Sequence record: MG696114.1
Length of the DNA stretch: 32,000 nt
Strand: one strand, 5' to 3'
Source of the DNA: Proteus phage phiP4-3
Below the pieces are notes generated by a model. That model made no database searches and had not been told where the DNA came from. It saw only the letters and a list, made by a program, of their open reading frames with translations. Positions 19,816 to 31,100 of the stretch are shown one piece after another. How positions within the stretch are numbered: position 1 is the stretch's first letter; every line of letters begins with the position of its first letter. Made by a program: the position numbers and the translations under genes.

Positions 19816-20742
19816 TTATCCTATTAGTATTCCAACTGGCCCATCTAATAATTCTAGTTCTTCTCTTAGAAGTCTTTTTTCTTCTCTAGCTTCTTCTATT
19901 AAACGAATACCATCAACGGTAACACCACCAGCTAATTGCATGCCTTGATGTTTAGCTAAGATTTGTCCATTTAATTCTTTAACTAATGTTGTCGAATAAT
20001 CTTTGACCCATCTGTTATTATATGAACCTTGATGGACTTGAGAATCATCGCCAGCAGTATATCCTGTCAACTTCTTATATGGATTATCATATATATCCGA
20101 AGCACTTCCTTCATCTTCACAACCGCCAGCCCAAGCGTACCCAGATGTTGCACCCATATTATCAGGAACATCGATATACGATTTAACATAAACTTCACAT
20201 ATAATAATATCGCCTGGTTTAAAATTACCCATGACTTTTAATTGGTTTGTATCAGAGTTTTGCCAATAATCTGGAAGTGGAGATAACATGTCTTGCATCA
20301 TACTTCTGTATTGCATTAACTGTGTAAAATATCCAAGGTCTGCTCCAAAGGCATTAGGACCATAAAATTTATTACAAGAAGAACCCATCCCACCATTTAT
20401 GCCAGCCATACCCATTAAAAAATCTGTAAACCAGGGATAAGTTGCATTGCCATCCATTGATGTTATAGAACCAACATTAGTTCGAACTATTTGTGTAACA
20501 GCAAAAACCGATGGGTGTAAATCAAAAACTCCTTTTGTATATGTTTCGTCTTCTCCAACGTAAAATGTTTGGTATGTTTTATTAAGCCCATCAAAGTGGT
20601 ATTCTCCGTATAGTTCTAAAGCCCTTTGAATACAGTCATAGATTTGATCTTCTGTTACTTCTACGTTAATAATTGGTGCTCCTAAACGTCTTAAGATAAC
20701 ATCTTTTAATTCTTTAGGATTATATGCGTTATATCCAGCCAT
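19816..20742 (-). CDS. 13: Neck protein gp13, 308 aa
   Basis: [52 protein letters not shown]; position and size as in T4. Confidence 0.9.
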   Translation of the reverse strand: MAGYNAYNPKELKDVILRRLGAPIINVEVTEDQIYDCIQRALELYGEYHFDGLNKTYQTFYVGEDETYTKGVFDLHPSVFAVTQIVRTNVGSITSMDGNATYPWFTDFLMGMAGINGGMGSSCNKFYGPNAFGADLGYFTQLMQYRSMMQDMLSPLPDYWQNSDTNQLKVMGNFKPGDIIICEVYVKSYIDVPDNMGATSGYAWAGGCEDEGSASDIYDNPYKKLTGYTAGDDSQVHQGSYNNRWVKDYSTTLVKELNGQILAKHQGMQLAGGVTVDGIRLIEEAREEKRLLREELELLDGPVGILIG

Positions 20743-20757
20743 AATTTACTCCAAAAA

Positions 20758-20775
20758 AAGGACCCGAAGGTCCTT
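20758..20775 (-). terminator. Intrinsic terminator between wac and gene 13
   Basis: - strand AAGGACC-TTCG-GGTCCTT-TTTTT. Confidence 0.85.
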
Positions 20776-20778
20776 AAA

Positions 20779-22515
20779 TTATATAAGTGGTTTTACTTGT
20801 ATTTTAATTCCAAACGTTATTTCAGAAAAATCTGAATCAAGTGATTCTACTTTAATAGAAATATTATCGTTTTCCGCTATTTCTACTATAGTTGATTCTT
20901 TAAACACATTAGAATTATTAGTAGAAATTAAATCGCTTGTTTCAAAAAAAGCTTCTTCATTTTTAAATAAACTAAATTTAATTTTTCTTTCGGAAAACTC
21001 TTTAGGGATAAGTGATTCAAAATCTATCTCATAATATCCTGTATCAAATATAGAGATTTTGCCATCAGTGAGTTCACATAGCTTAGTTATCACTGTATCA
21101 GTTATTGCAACATCATTAAGACCTTCTTCAACAGTTTTATTATAATTTGCTGTAAACACACCAAGAGAAGTAGGAATAGCATACCAAGTTTTATAACGGC
21201 ATATATAAGCTTTACCATCTTCTGGAGGTAAAGGCATGCCTTTGTCATAAACTTCATACATATCTTCAGTAGCTTTTTGAATTCCTATTTCTTTAACCGT
21301 TGTGCCTTCAGGATCAGTTCCTTCAATAGCCTTAACTAATTGAATAACGGTTCCCTTAATACCAGTTTTATTATTACCTACTTCAGATTGGAGATTTTGG
21401 ACATCTATACTAAGTTCATTAGTGCTATTTGTTAACAAGTCTATTTTAGACAAAACCGTTCCTGGAGCAGGTGGTTCGTCTCCAAGGCCAACTTGTGTTT
21501 GAATCCATGCAACTTGTCCACGAAGACCTGAACTTGTGTCAGCACCGACTGTCGTATTTAAATCTTTTAATCCTTCTGTGTTTTTACTTATATCATAAAG
21601 AATAGTAAACGGTGTAGTGTCATTTCCAATTTTAGTTTCTATACGTGATACTCTAGTTTTTACTCCAGACGTGCCTAGAACTTCCTCATTAAGTTTAGTT
21701 ATTTCTGAACTATTTTCATTAACAGCTTCAGAAATGTTACCAGAACCTATTTTAGTCATAATATCACTAATGACTTCACTACCTTTATCTACGTTATCTT
21801 CAATAACAGAAAGTCGTTTATATACAGACAAATATTCTTGATCAGAAGAATTACCAAGTTCAGTTCTTAATTTACCAACTTCAATAGTTAAACTACCAAC
21901 ATCAGAATCGCTCCATGTTTTTTCTAACGCAGATATTCTTTTAGTATTATCAACTGTTTGTGTTGCAGTATCGATAATACGTCTTTTCATACCGCTTCCT
22001 AAAGATTCTTGAGAATTCTGTCCATTGATATCTTGACCTGGATAAGAACCCATTTCACGTTTAATCCATAATGTGTCATCACGAAGTGTTCTTTTTACAG
22101 TATCAATAGGATTATGAATACCAACTTCTCCCTTCAGATCTACAATATCTTCGTCTAAGCTAAAAATGTCATCAGAATTGCTTTGTATAACGCTTTCAAA
22201 TATATCAGCTCGTTCTTTGGTTTCAATAATTGTTTTTATTAAATCTTTATTGTTACCAATTTCTAATGATTCATTAATAGTATCTACAGAATCAATCAAT
22301 TCATTTACTTGCCCATGTAATAATGAGTCATTTTCTTCAAGCGTTTTGATATTTTCATATAATTGTGCTGGGACCCTATTAAGGACCCCGTCCGATTTAC
22401 CGTATTTAGATGCTCCGGTTAAACATTCTTTTTTATTTAAAATCCATTCTATCTGTGTTTGGTCTTTAATTGGGCCGTCAACAAATGGCAGTGGAAGTAA
22501 TTCTATTTTATCCAT
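20779..22515 (-). CDS. wac: Fibritin (whisker), 578 aa, with a C-terminal extension beyond the foldon-like segment
   Basis: N-terminus LLPLPFVDGPIKDQTQIEWILNKKE, DTVKRTLRDDTLWIKREMGSYPGQDING, SDVGSLTIEVGKLRTELG, repeated coiled-coil segments, foldon-like MPLPPEDGKAYICRYKTWYAI. Confidence 0.92.
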   Translation of the reverse strand: MDKIELLPLPFVDGPIKDQTQIEWILNKKECLTGASKYGKSDGVLNRVPAQLYENIKTLEENDSLLHGQVNELIDSVDTINESLEIGNNKDLIKTIIETKERADIFESVIQSNSDDIFSLDEDIVDLKGEVGIHNPIDTVKRTLRDDTLWIKREMGSYPGQDINGQNSQESLGSGMKRRIIDTATQTVDNTKRISALEKTWSDSDVGSLTIEVGKLRTELGNSSDQEYLSVYKRLSVIEDNVDKGSEVISDIMTKIGSGNISEAVNENSSEITKLNEEVLGTSGVKTRVSRIETKIGNDTTPFTILYDISKNTEGLKDLNTTVGADTSSGLRGQVAWIQTQVGLGDEPPAPGTVLSKIDLLTNSTNELSIDVQNLQSEVGNNKTGIKGTVIQLVKAIEGTDPEGTTVKEIGIQKATEDMYEVYDKGMPLPPEDGKAYICRYKTWYAIPTSLGVFTANYNKTVEEGLNDVAITDTVITKLCELTDGKISIFDTGYYEIDFESLIPKEFSERKIKFSLFKNEEAFFETSDLISTNNSNVFKESTIVEIAENDNISIKVESLDSDFSEITFGIKIQVKPLI

Positions 22516-22524
22516 TATATTTCC

Positions 22525-23871
22525 TTATGTGAATAATAGGTACCATGTACTTAAATTATATCTGTAATTAGGACCACCATTGGCTGTGGCTTCTGCCCTA
22601 ATAATATCCCCAGCTTTAAATTTGCCATTAATTAATAATCTATCTGTAAAATCATAATTGTTTGGGTAACCTATAAATCTAGAATGTTCTTTTATTAATG
22701 TTCCATTTTGCCATATTCTTAACACAAACGGTCTAAGATCTGATGTATTTTTTAATGTCAGATTAAATTGTAGTCGTGTATATTCACCAAATGGTAATCT
22801 AGTTTGGCCTATATCTGCCCAATAACCGCCACGCCCAATCGGATATTTACCACCTAAATCCCATGCATCAAAATAAGTATAAAATGACTGTTTTGGAATA
22901 TCTGTTTTAGGCATATACCTTGCATCGGATTCTGTTTTAGTCCATACTTGTGATTTAGAGTATGCACCTACGTCATCATAATTTAAAGAAATATTTCCTG
23001 TTAAAGGCTTATTGTTTACGGTTCTTGTATTAGGGACAACTGGAGCCATAGGACTTAGTGCAAGATTGGCACCAGAATTGCCTATAGTTGTTGTGGTTTT
23101 AACTAATCCAAATTCAGAATCTGATGCTTTAAGTTGAGCCAAATTTTTAGGGGAAATAACAACAGTCCCATCAGTCATGGCTTTAGTTTGAGCAACATTA
23201 GCTATTTTAGTTGTACCAACTTGTGTTTCTGTGGCCCTAGTTGAAATAAAACCTTTAGGAGAAACTGCAATACCGTCATGTGCTTGACCTTGGGCAACTT
23301 GCCCTATAGACGCAATATTAACGGTCCCACTATTTTTTTCTGTTGCAACACCATAAGACGGGGATAATTGGTTTATAGCATGTTTGACTTTTTTAGGAGT
23401 CATAGCCGTTGTGTCATCAATACCTTGTGCCGCTGCGGCTAAAGAAGATATCTTAATTAACCCAGTTCTTCCTTCAGTAGAAGTTCTAGAATCTAATGTA
23501 TGTTTTAATCCAGTAGGAACAACAGCCTTATTATTAATGGACCCAGCTAGTGTTTCAGAATTATTAGCATATTTAGTTAATCCTAAAACGGATTCTGTTG
23601 CTTGAGGATGAGCTAGACGTTCTTCTAAATATTTAGGTGTCACCGCTCCTGAACCTAAACCTTTTAGAACTTCATCACGAGTTGCAGTTCTAATTATCCC
23701 GTTTAATGTTTCTGTTGAGATAGGTAATCCTTTACCTATCATAGCCCATGAACCAATTTTTGATAAAGCAGTCTGGACATCTTTAATAGATTGGTCCCAC
23801 TGTGTATTGGCTGGATTAAAAGTGACAAAAGACGAACTGTCACTTATATGTTTATATGTATTTTGCATCAT
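22525..23871 (-). CDS. 12: Short tail fibre gp12-like protein, 448 aa, with a divergent C-terminus
   Basis: N-terminus NTYKHISDSSSFVTFNPANTQWDQSIKDVQTAL and repeats (ATESVLGLTKYAN, STEGRTGLIKISSLAAAAQGIDDTTAMTP, ATEKNSGTVNIAS) resemble T4 gp12; gene order 11-12-wac. Confidence 0.85.
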   Translation of the reverse strand: MMQNTYKHISDSSSFVTFNPANTQWDQSIKDVQTALSKIGSWAMIGKGLPISTETLNGIIRTATRDEVLKGLGSGAVTPKYLEERLAHPQATESVLGLTKYANNSETLAGSINNKAVVPTGLKHTLDSRTSTEGRTGLIKISSLAAAAQGIDDTTAMTPKKVKHAINQLSPSYGVATEKNSGTVNIASIGQVAQGQAHDGIAVSPKGFISTRATETQVGTTKIANVAQTKAMTDGTVVISPKNLAQLKASDSEFGLVKTTTTIGNSGANLALSPMAPVVPNTRTVNNKPLTGNISLNYDDVGAYSKSQVWTKTESDARYMPKTDIPKQSFYTYFDAWDLGGKYPIGRGGYWADIGQTRLPFGEYTRLQFNLTLKNTSDLRPFVLRIWQNGTLIKEHSRFIGYPNNYDFTDRLLINGKFKAGDIIRAEATANGGPNYRYNLSTWYLLFT

Positions 23872-24488
23872 GCTATCCTTTTGAATATATGGACTGGTAA
23901 TTCTGTATCTCCTAAGGTTTCATTTTTAACACCTAATTTAACCCAAGTCCCATATCCATATTTAGCTGGAGATTGAAGTTCTGTTGATACATTAATACCA
24001 TTACTATACATATTTATAGCATCATGGTCTCTATAATCGATATATTTGATTGTCAGTCTAGTCTCAGTTTCTTTTTGTACAAAAGAAAAATACTGATTTT
24101 TAGAAACCAAGTCTTGTGCAAGTTTTTCGAACGCTGCTGTAACTTCAGATGCGGTATCACCACCATTAACTGTTACGGGCAGGCCAAAAACTTGGACAAT
24201 AGTAGGTCCAGTTCCTTCAACGGTCCCACTAAAATCTATAAAATCCACTTGAGAAGCTCCCTGTGGGTTTTCTCCATCAGAGTTATAGATTAATGTGTTT
24301 AAAGGTAAAAACGATCCCTTAAGATCGTCTATAGCAGCCTGCACATTAGGTTGGTATGTGTTTAAACTTGACTGTCTTGTATCTTGGGTTCCTAGTGGAA
24401 CCCTATTACCTGCTAATGTATCATTATGAACTTCATAATATATTTCACTAGAATTAGGAGACGAATGTGATACGTTATTGTTCTTCAT
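23868..24488 (-). CDS. 11: Baseplate wedge protein gp11
   Basis: DFIDFSGTVEGTGPTIVQVFGLPVTVNGGDTASEV...YGYGTWVKLG, T4 gp11-like. Start set to the ATG at 24488, which overlaps the gene 10 stop as TAATG. Confidence 0.88.
   Translation of the reverse strand: MKNNNVSHSSPNSSEIYYEVHNDTLAGNRVPLGTQDTRQSSLNTYQPNVQAAIDDLKGSFLPLNTLIYNSDGENPQGASQVDFIDFSGTVEGTGPTIVQVFGLPVTVNGGDTASEVTAAFEKLAQDLVSKNQYFSFVQKETETRLTIKYIDYRDHDAINMYSNGINVSTELQSPAKYGYGTWVKLGVKNETLGDTELPVHIFKRIA
24009..24016 (-). promoter_or_regulatory. Candidate T4-type late promoter for gene 12, inside gene 11
   Basis: Exact TATAAATA on the - strand, about 140 nt upstream of gene 12; sits in coding sequence, so it may be chance. Confidence 0.35.
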
Positions 24489-26224
24489 TATGCTACCCTT
24501 ATCCATTTATACGTAGTAATAGACGGTTGAATTAAACTAAATTCTCGTCCATAATCTGATTTAACCCCAATTGTTGCTTTATCTTCTCTATACTTATCAT
24601 ATCCAGGACCTTCATCATCAGGGTCAAATTGACACCCACCAATAATAATAGTCCCATTCTTGTCTTTAATAAGAACTTCTTCATTAGTTTCGGTTCCAGG
24701 AAGATTTGCTTTTTCTAAAGCAATAAATGCTTTACCAACTTTACCACCAGCTGTTTTAGATGGAATACCTTGGGCATTTAAATCCGAATTATTATAATGG
24801 AAATTTTTATCATTTGAATCAGAGTTCCAACCAACCGTTGTCATACCTTCTGCATATCTTACCCATGTTCCTATACCCATATATGTAGCCGGATTCGCTG
24901 CATTATGAGCATTTTCATAAATTGTCCCAATAGGATAAAATAAGTCAAACATTTTAGACACATTATTTACTTTATAATCGCCATCGTCATCAATAGAAAT
25001 TTTAGTTTTCTGAGAAGGATTATCAGTATCAGTATACGCTATTCTATTTGAAACCCTTACAGTTTCTGAAGCAACGTACATTTGGTCTGTTATAGCTGTT
25101 ATTTCTTCAATAGGAAGAGTTGTTCCTATGTCATTATTGAACCAGCGTAGAACAATAGTATCATTATGAGCCAATCTTGTATGGAAGACAATAGATTCTA
25201 TTTTACCATTAACCATTTTAAATTCATAATCACCGGTCATTGTCGCAGTGTTTGCATCGTTTAATTGAGTATACTGAACACCATTCACAAGAACTTCTAA
25301 TGCATATGGATTCGCAGATTCACCGTCAAAGAACCCAAAATCATTCATTGATATCTCAAGTGGCCATTTTGTAAAATCGACCGATATTAATCGACCTGGG
25401 ATTGTTTTTTCTGAACTTAAAGCCTTATCAACTAAAGCCACAATTTTTCTATTATAAGAACTTTTCCAGGAATCAATTCCGTCTAAAAACGAAATAAAAG
25501 TAATTACGTCACCTGCTTCACACGCATCTTTTAATCTAACATTTTTGCCATCAAGTGCTTTAATATTAGAAGCTCCGTCTGGAGATCCGTAATCAGCATT
25601 TACTTTATCAAATGAATTATCACCATAGTACAAAATGTTACCACGACGATAAACATCAAAATTACGTGTATTATATAAATTGCCATTGAAAATATCTAAA
25701 AAATCTTTTTGACCTTGCTTAGCAATAATACTTCTTTTAATAACAGTTGACATATTAGGATTTGTTAATCTATCAACACGTTTATTTTCTACATATTCCC
25801 AACGCCCAGGAGCACAATATACTAGTTCTAAGTCCATTAAGTTCTTGTCAAATTTCTTAGAACCCGAAGAACCTTTTATTGTATCGCCTTTAGATGCAAT
25901 CACGTTAACAGGAGACTTTTCCCAAGAATTCCACACATCTCTAATTCTAATAACTTTATTATAATCAGATGCAGTTCCTTTAGGTAAAGTTATGTTTATT
26001 GGGCCTTCTAATGTATTTAGAGCCAAAGATTGTCCAAAAGACGGTGTTAAAGCACCAGATTTGGCAGTAAATGTTTTCCATGCTCCGGCAGAATGTAGGA
26101 TTTTATCATCGCCTAATTCATGATATATTTCTTTAAAGTTTGCGTTTGTTTTTTGGCCACCTTTACGTAAATAGTCGCCAGTCCCGTCATCGACAGTATT
26201 ACCAATATTAATTACTTGTATCAT
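24488..26224 (-). CDS. 10: Baseplate wedge protein gp10, 578 aa
   Basis: INIGNTVDDGTGDYLRKGGQKTNANFKEIYHELGDDKILHSAGAWKTF, DLELVYCAPGRWEYV, TETNEEVLIKDKNGTIIIGGCQFDPDDEGPGYDKYREDKA; T4 gp10-like. Confidence 0.93.
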   Translation of the reverse strand: MIQVINIGNTVDDGTGDYLRKGGQKTNANFKEIYHELGDDKILHSAGAWKTFTAKSGALTPSFGQSLALNTLEGPINITLPKGTASDYNKVIRIRDVWNSWEKSPVNVIASKGDTIKGSSGSKKFDKNLMDLELVYCAPGRWEYVENKRVDRLTNPNMSTVIKRSIIAKQGQKDFLDIFNGNLYNTRNFDVYRRGNILYYGDNSFDKVNADYGSPDGASNIKALDGKNVRLKDACEAGDVITFISFLDGIDSWKSSYNRKIVALVDKALSSEKTIPGRLISVDFTKWPLEISMNDFGFFDGESANPYALEVLVNGVQYTQLNDANTATMTGDYEFKMVNGKIESIVFHTRLAHNDTIVLRWFNNDIGTTLPIEEITAITDQMYVASETVRVSNRIAYTDTDNPSQKTKISIDDDGDYKVNNVSKMFDLFYPIGTIYENAHNAANPATYMGIGTWVRYAEGMTTVGWNSDSNDKNFHYNNSDLNAQGIPSKTAGGKVGKAFIALEKANLPGTETNEEVLIKDKNGTIIIGGCQFDPDDEGPGYDKYREDKATIGVKSDYGREFSLIQPSITTYKWIRVA

Positions 26225-27072
26225 ACGGCTCCTACCTTAATAGTTCCAATAGATTTAATAGAAAAAGCTACGTTTCCTGATAATGATTTTACTTTAGCCT
26301 TTAAAATTCCAGAATCTATAACAAAATCTATTGAAAACAAATCTCCATTATTTTTTAAAACTGCGTATTCTGTTTTATAAACTTCGCCTGAAGAATGTAA
26401 AATAGATATCAACATTTCTGAGCTTTTAAACGACTTTTGGTTTTGAGATACACCATGTAGAAGTAGTTTTATTGTATTGTAGTGGTCAACGTTTCCAAGT
26501 TCTATGGTTTTTTCGGATGTATCTAGTAATAAGTCAGAATCTACAGCAAGTTGATGATTGCCAAACATAGATTCTATTCTGTATTCCCATACACCAATAC
26601 CTTGGTCTTGACGTGTGCACCATAGTGTAGTTTTTGTTTTAGGCATTTCAAGTGATAATCTTGCACCATGTCCTAAAATAGTATCAGAACCAAAAGCAGA
26701 TAATATTACAGGGGTGTCTTTACTTAAAGACCCATTACTATTGATAATGACAATTCCTTCGCCCAATTTAGCAGCTGGAAGTTTAATATCTAATTTACCT
26801 GAACTTGTATCAACATCATGAAGTGAACCCATTTCTATGCCTTCAGGAGTATCTAAATAATACATTCTTGTATGTTTTTGGTAATATCCAGTGGCATGAA
26901 GTTTCTGTTTTCCTTGGCCTTGAAGTGTTTCATCAAATAATCTATAATCGCCAAAAGTATTATAGATATTGTTCATATTGATATTTAGTTTTTCGCCACC
27001 GTCGTATAAAATATCCCCAGTTGAAGAATTTCCTTTAATACCGGTGTCAATAAGTGTTTTGAATTCTTGCAT
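26221..27072 (-). CDS. 9: Baseplate wedge/tail fibre connector gp9, 283 aa
   Basis: KTLIDTGIKGNSSTGDILYDGGEKLNINMNNIYNTFGD, HATGYYQKH, HDVDTSSGK; T4 gp9-like. Confidence 0.92.
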   Translation of the reverse strand: MQEFKTLIDTGIKGNSSTGDILYDGGEKLNINMNNIYNTFGDYRLFDETLQGQGKQKLHATGYYQKHTRMYYLDTPEGIEMGSLHDVDTSSGKLDIKLPAAKLGEGIVIINSNGSLSKDTPVILSAFGSDTILGHGARLSLEMPKTKTTLWCTRQDQGIGVWEYRIESMFGNHQLAVDSDLLLDTSEKTIELGNVDHYNTIKLLLHGVSQNQKSFKSSEMLISILHSSGEVYKTEYAVLKNNGDLFSIDFVIDSGILKAKVKSLSGNVAFSIKSIGTIKVGAV

Positions 27073-27095
27073 ATTGAGTCCTCGTTATATATCCT

Positions 27096-27103
27096 TATTT
27101 ATA
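27096..27103 (-). promoter_or_regulatory. Candidate T4-type late promoter for gene 9
   Basis: Exact TATAAATA on the - strand, intergenic, 23 nt before the gene 9 ATG, with a GAGGA ribosome-binding site in between and a terminator just upstream. Confidence 0.8.
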
Positions 27104-27110
27104 CAAAAAA

Positions 27111-27126
27111 GGAGACCGAAGTCTCC
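27111..27126 (-). terminator. Intrinsic terminator between genes 8 and 9
   Basis: - strand GGAGAC-TTCG-GTCTCC-TTTTTT. Confidence 0.85.
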
Positions 27127-27130
27127 TAAT

Positions 27131-28138
27131 TTAAAAACTGAAAACTAAATCAATAAGTTCTGTTTGATCTATTGACCTTGTTATAGGAGGCCTGTTTTCT
27201 AAATAAATCATTTCACCTGAGTGTCGTTCTACTTGAGATACTCGATAATAGTTTTTAGTTGCTTTAACATTTTTATCATTTGGAAATTGTTTCTTTTCTA
27301 ATGGATTAATAACAACACATATTTGTCTGAACCCATTATTCCCTGGCCATGAAGCTTCTGGAAAATATACAGAATCCATAAACGCTCTAAAACGTAATGT
27401 GACAACTTTAAGTCTGTAAACAAGATTATTATCGTTTTGTTGCCACGATAAATTGTCTTCATATCCCCAGCGCTCTAGGTCTTGTCCTAATTCATCTGGA
27501 GTTGGAACAACAATATATTCGTTTGTACATCTATTAATAGATACGTCAGGTGGAATAGTATAAAGATATTCCCATAGATATCCATCTTCCATATCCACTA
27601 ATCCACCTTTTTCAGCATCACCACGTCCTTTTGGTGGAAACACAGATTCGTAAGATGGTGTCCAAGTTCCACCTAATTTAATGCATTCTTCTTTATCTTT
27701 AATATTGCTTATCGAACACACACCAGTTTTTGGGATATCAATAACTCGGTAAACTTTCCACCCATCGCCTATATCAGTCTGATTATATGGCGCACTATTT
27801 GTAACTACAATATCACCAATATTAAATGTTCTTGGGTTAGGATATCTTGAATCTCCCCAATCACGTCTAGGAATTAAAGCGTCAACTAAACTTTTATCAA
27901 CCTTCATTAAACCTATCATATGTGTCCACATATCAGAAACACCTGATACATCATCTATTGGATAAGGTGGAGCGAATCCAATATCTTTTTCGTTATCAGC
28001 CCAAGGTTCCTGTCGGCCAAAACCAACATAAATTGTAGTTTTGGCCTCTGAATCACCTATTGCATCATAAAAACTTAATAATTTACCGGTTCTAAACTTT
28101 GATGTAACAACCGATCTATATAATTCTACTGAATCCAT
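27131..28138 (-). CDS. 8: Baseplate wedge protein gp8, 335 aa
   Basis: YRSVVTSKFRTGKLLSFYDAIGD, IGFAPPYPIDDVSGVSDMWTHMIG, PRRDWGDSRYPNPRTF, PPDVSINRCTNEYIVVP; T4 gp8-like. Confidence 0.95.
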   Translation of the reverse strand: MDSVELYRSVVTSKFRTGKLLSFYDAIGDSEAKTTIYVGFGRQEPWADNEKDIGFAPPYPIDDVSGVSDMWTHMIGLMKVDKSLVDALIPRRDWGDSRYPNPRTFNIGDIVVTNSAPYNQTDIGDGWKVYRVIDIPKTGVCSISNIKDKEECIKLGGTWTPSYESVFPPKGRGDAEKGGLVDMEDGYLWEYLYTIPPDVSINRCTNEYIVVPTPDELGQDLERWGYEDNLSWQQNDNNLVYRLKVVTLRFRAFMDSVYFPEASWPGNNGFRQICVVINPLEKKQFPNDKNVKATKNYYRVSQVERHSGEMIYLENRPPITRSIDQTELIDLVFSF

Positions 28139-31100
28139 TATACTTTCTCCTGTGTAGGATTTTCAGGGTCTCTTGGATTATTAATATTATCTTTATATCT
28201 ATATTTATCTCTTTGAATAAGCAACGTAGTCATATCTCTGAATATAGAATAAGTTAATCCAGATTGGTCAAATAAAGGACTATAATGATTTCTCCTTTTA
28301 GAAGGAGGAACATTTTTTAAATACTCAGCCATATTTGTATACGGTTTTTCTGGACCAATGAATCCTTCATTTTTATCATAATCATCCGGGATATCAAAAT
28401 CTTCACCAGCTTTAGGATGCAAAGTATATAATGCATCACCTGTTACAGGGTCTCGCTCTATGATATCATTTTTTAATATTGCTACTCTATCAGGCCAAAC
28501 TAAAGGATATCCAGAATCATATCTATATGTTATTAATTTATTAATTATAGTTTCAGAATGTTTTAATGATAACCCAGAATTAATAAACATTGTTAATAGA
28601 GTTATTCCAATAAATCCAAATCCAACAGGATGAACAAATCTCAAAACATCAGAAGAATATCTAGAAGTTGGTAGTTTAGATTTTATTTTCATAACATAAT
28701 AGCTTCTTGATCTATTAGCTAGGTCTTCTTTATTAGATAATATTTCCTTTCCTTTTATACCTTGGATTATTTGACCTTTAAAATCACTACGTTCGCCTAA
28801 AACATTCTGGCCAACCAAAAAGCGTCCTATCATATTATGAATCGTCATACGCCATTGTAATTTACCTTCAGAGTATTCTCTTTCGATATATGTAACATTA
28901 CATCGACCAGTTGGGGTGTATATTGTTCTTCCAACTATGTCTTCATTAATATTATCGGAATAAACAACGATGTCGTATTCTAGCCCAGAATTAGATTCTA
29001 TTTCTATTTCAACGTCTTCATTATATAATAATTTAAATAGGAATTTATAACTTGCCTCAGTCCCTTTTGTACTATAGAAGTCTGATTTTCTTGATTCAAA
29101 AAATCTAATAACTTGATCTCTTTTTTCTTTGTCTAAATAAATGTTTCGCTTATTTATTTCAGACCACAAGTATTCAACAGAATCAGTTTCTCTTGGGTAC
29201 TTGTTACGTATTAAATTTAGTAATTTATTGTAATGTGTATTTTTACCATCTGATAAAAATTGGAGATAATACTCACAGAATTTTTCAAAATTACTATTTT
29301 GTAATAGATAACTATCTGGAATCATTGTGTTTAATAAAGGCCTTAAATCTGGGTCTTTTTCACCTTCATTATGTTTTGGTTCCCATATTTCTGGGTGAAC
29401 TTGATTTTGCAAAGTTGCTTCTAGACAAATAAGTTTAGGTATCCATATAATCTGAGCGTTATCACGAACACGATAATTGTATTCATAATAACCAACTATT
29501 TCGCCAGAACTTTTATGAATTAAAACCCCACCAGAATATTGTTTAAACCCTTCAAAGAATACATTCTTGCAATAAAATGTGCCATGACCTTTATCCCAAA
29601 CTTCTTTGACAACCCGGTCTTCACCTGTTGGACCAACGGTATCGATTATTTTTGTGTATGTTTTTGATGGGTATATAACAACAGGTCTATTATCATTATT
29701 AATCCACACCCTGGTTTTAGTTCTATTCATCCATGTAAACCAAGGTTCTGCATAATAACTCATATAATATGGTTTCCAAGTTTCACCATCAGAAGACCTA
29801 ATTGATCCCATATGATAATGCTTATCCGATAGACCACTTTCAGTTTTTATATACTTAATTCCATTTTCTAATTTATCATCTTGGGTGTATTCTGTATACT
29901 TAAAATTAGCATAACTAATAAATATTTCTTTACCATCTGTAGACATATTAGTATATTCATGTTCTATTTTTCTAAGCTCTTCTTTATTATTACCGAATAC
30001 CTTAATAAAAGAACCGTCAACTAATTTATATACACCTTTATCTTTAGAATCTATAACATTTTTAGGGTCTGTAGGGTCATCAAAATACTTTTTAACTTCT
30101 CCTGTCACTAAAACATAGAGCTCACCGTTAAGAATGTCCATTTTTTTAACAACAATGTTTTCGTTATCTGTTATTTTGATAGTAGTTTCATCAAATAATT
30201 TTTTGCCATAAGATATTGAGCCTTCGTCCATATCAACTTCGGCATTTTGCAAATCTAAAAATCTAAGATTGTTTTTAGCAGCTACATACAAAAAATCATT
30301 ACTAGCCGCAATAGCTTCAGCAAACCTTGTTACATTACCAGGTAAAAATGAAAGAGTCCCAAATACTTCTACGTCAAACCCTAAATTCAGAGTATCGCCA
30401 ATTTTAGCAAATGTTAAATCTGTTTCTGAAAATCTGTGTTGGTCATCAGACCATCTAACATCAGAACTTCTACGTCCATAAAACACTCTATCGTATCCTA
30501 ATACGTATGAAGTTGTATCTGATTGGTAAATACATGTCTTAGAAACTGGATTGCCTACACGGTCATCTAAAGCTTTATAATACTTCCATGTTTGGCCTTT
30601 ATCATTAGACACCTTAACAACATTTTGGAATCTCTCAAACAGATATAAAACGCCATCCATTTCAGCAGGCATAACCCGGTTTATATCAGAACATACCCTT
30701 GTTATGCCTTCAGGTGTTCCTTGTATTTCATGGAAATTAGCTTCTTTTAAAATTTTATTAGAAACCTGAGACACATCGCTATATTTTGCTGTAAACTGGA
30801 AATCTTCAGACATCAATGAAGCCAATAACTGATCTGTATTAAAATTAACATAATTTGAATTGTTATTAATAAACTTTTCACTAATAAATTTCTCAGATAG
30901 TGTAAACTCCTTCATATGATCAAAAGAATACGCATTAGTTTTAAATGTTAAAAATTCTTCTGTATAAGCCCAGTCAGATTGTTCAAACCCTTTAGCCCTT
31001 ACTGAAACTCTAATCATATAATGGGTATTAGGAGTTATTCCAATACTAATAAATCGGTCATTATCAGAACTGTAATTCAATGATTGCCATTGTAATTTGT

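Noticed and set aside
22166-22567. 133-aa + strand ORF antisense to wac, and similar + strand ORFs at 8893, 9927, 10790, 12626, 13128, 15358, 16708, 17083, 21617, 23384, 24024, 26615, 29193, 30269
   Set aside because: All are opposite conserved late structural genes, with no recognisable family and no promoter or operon context.
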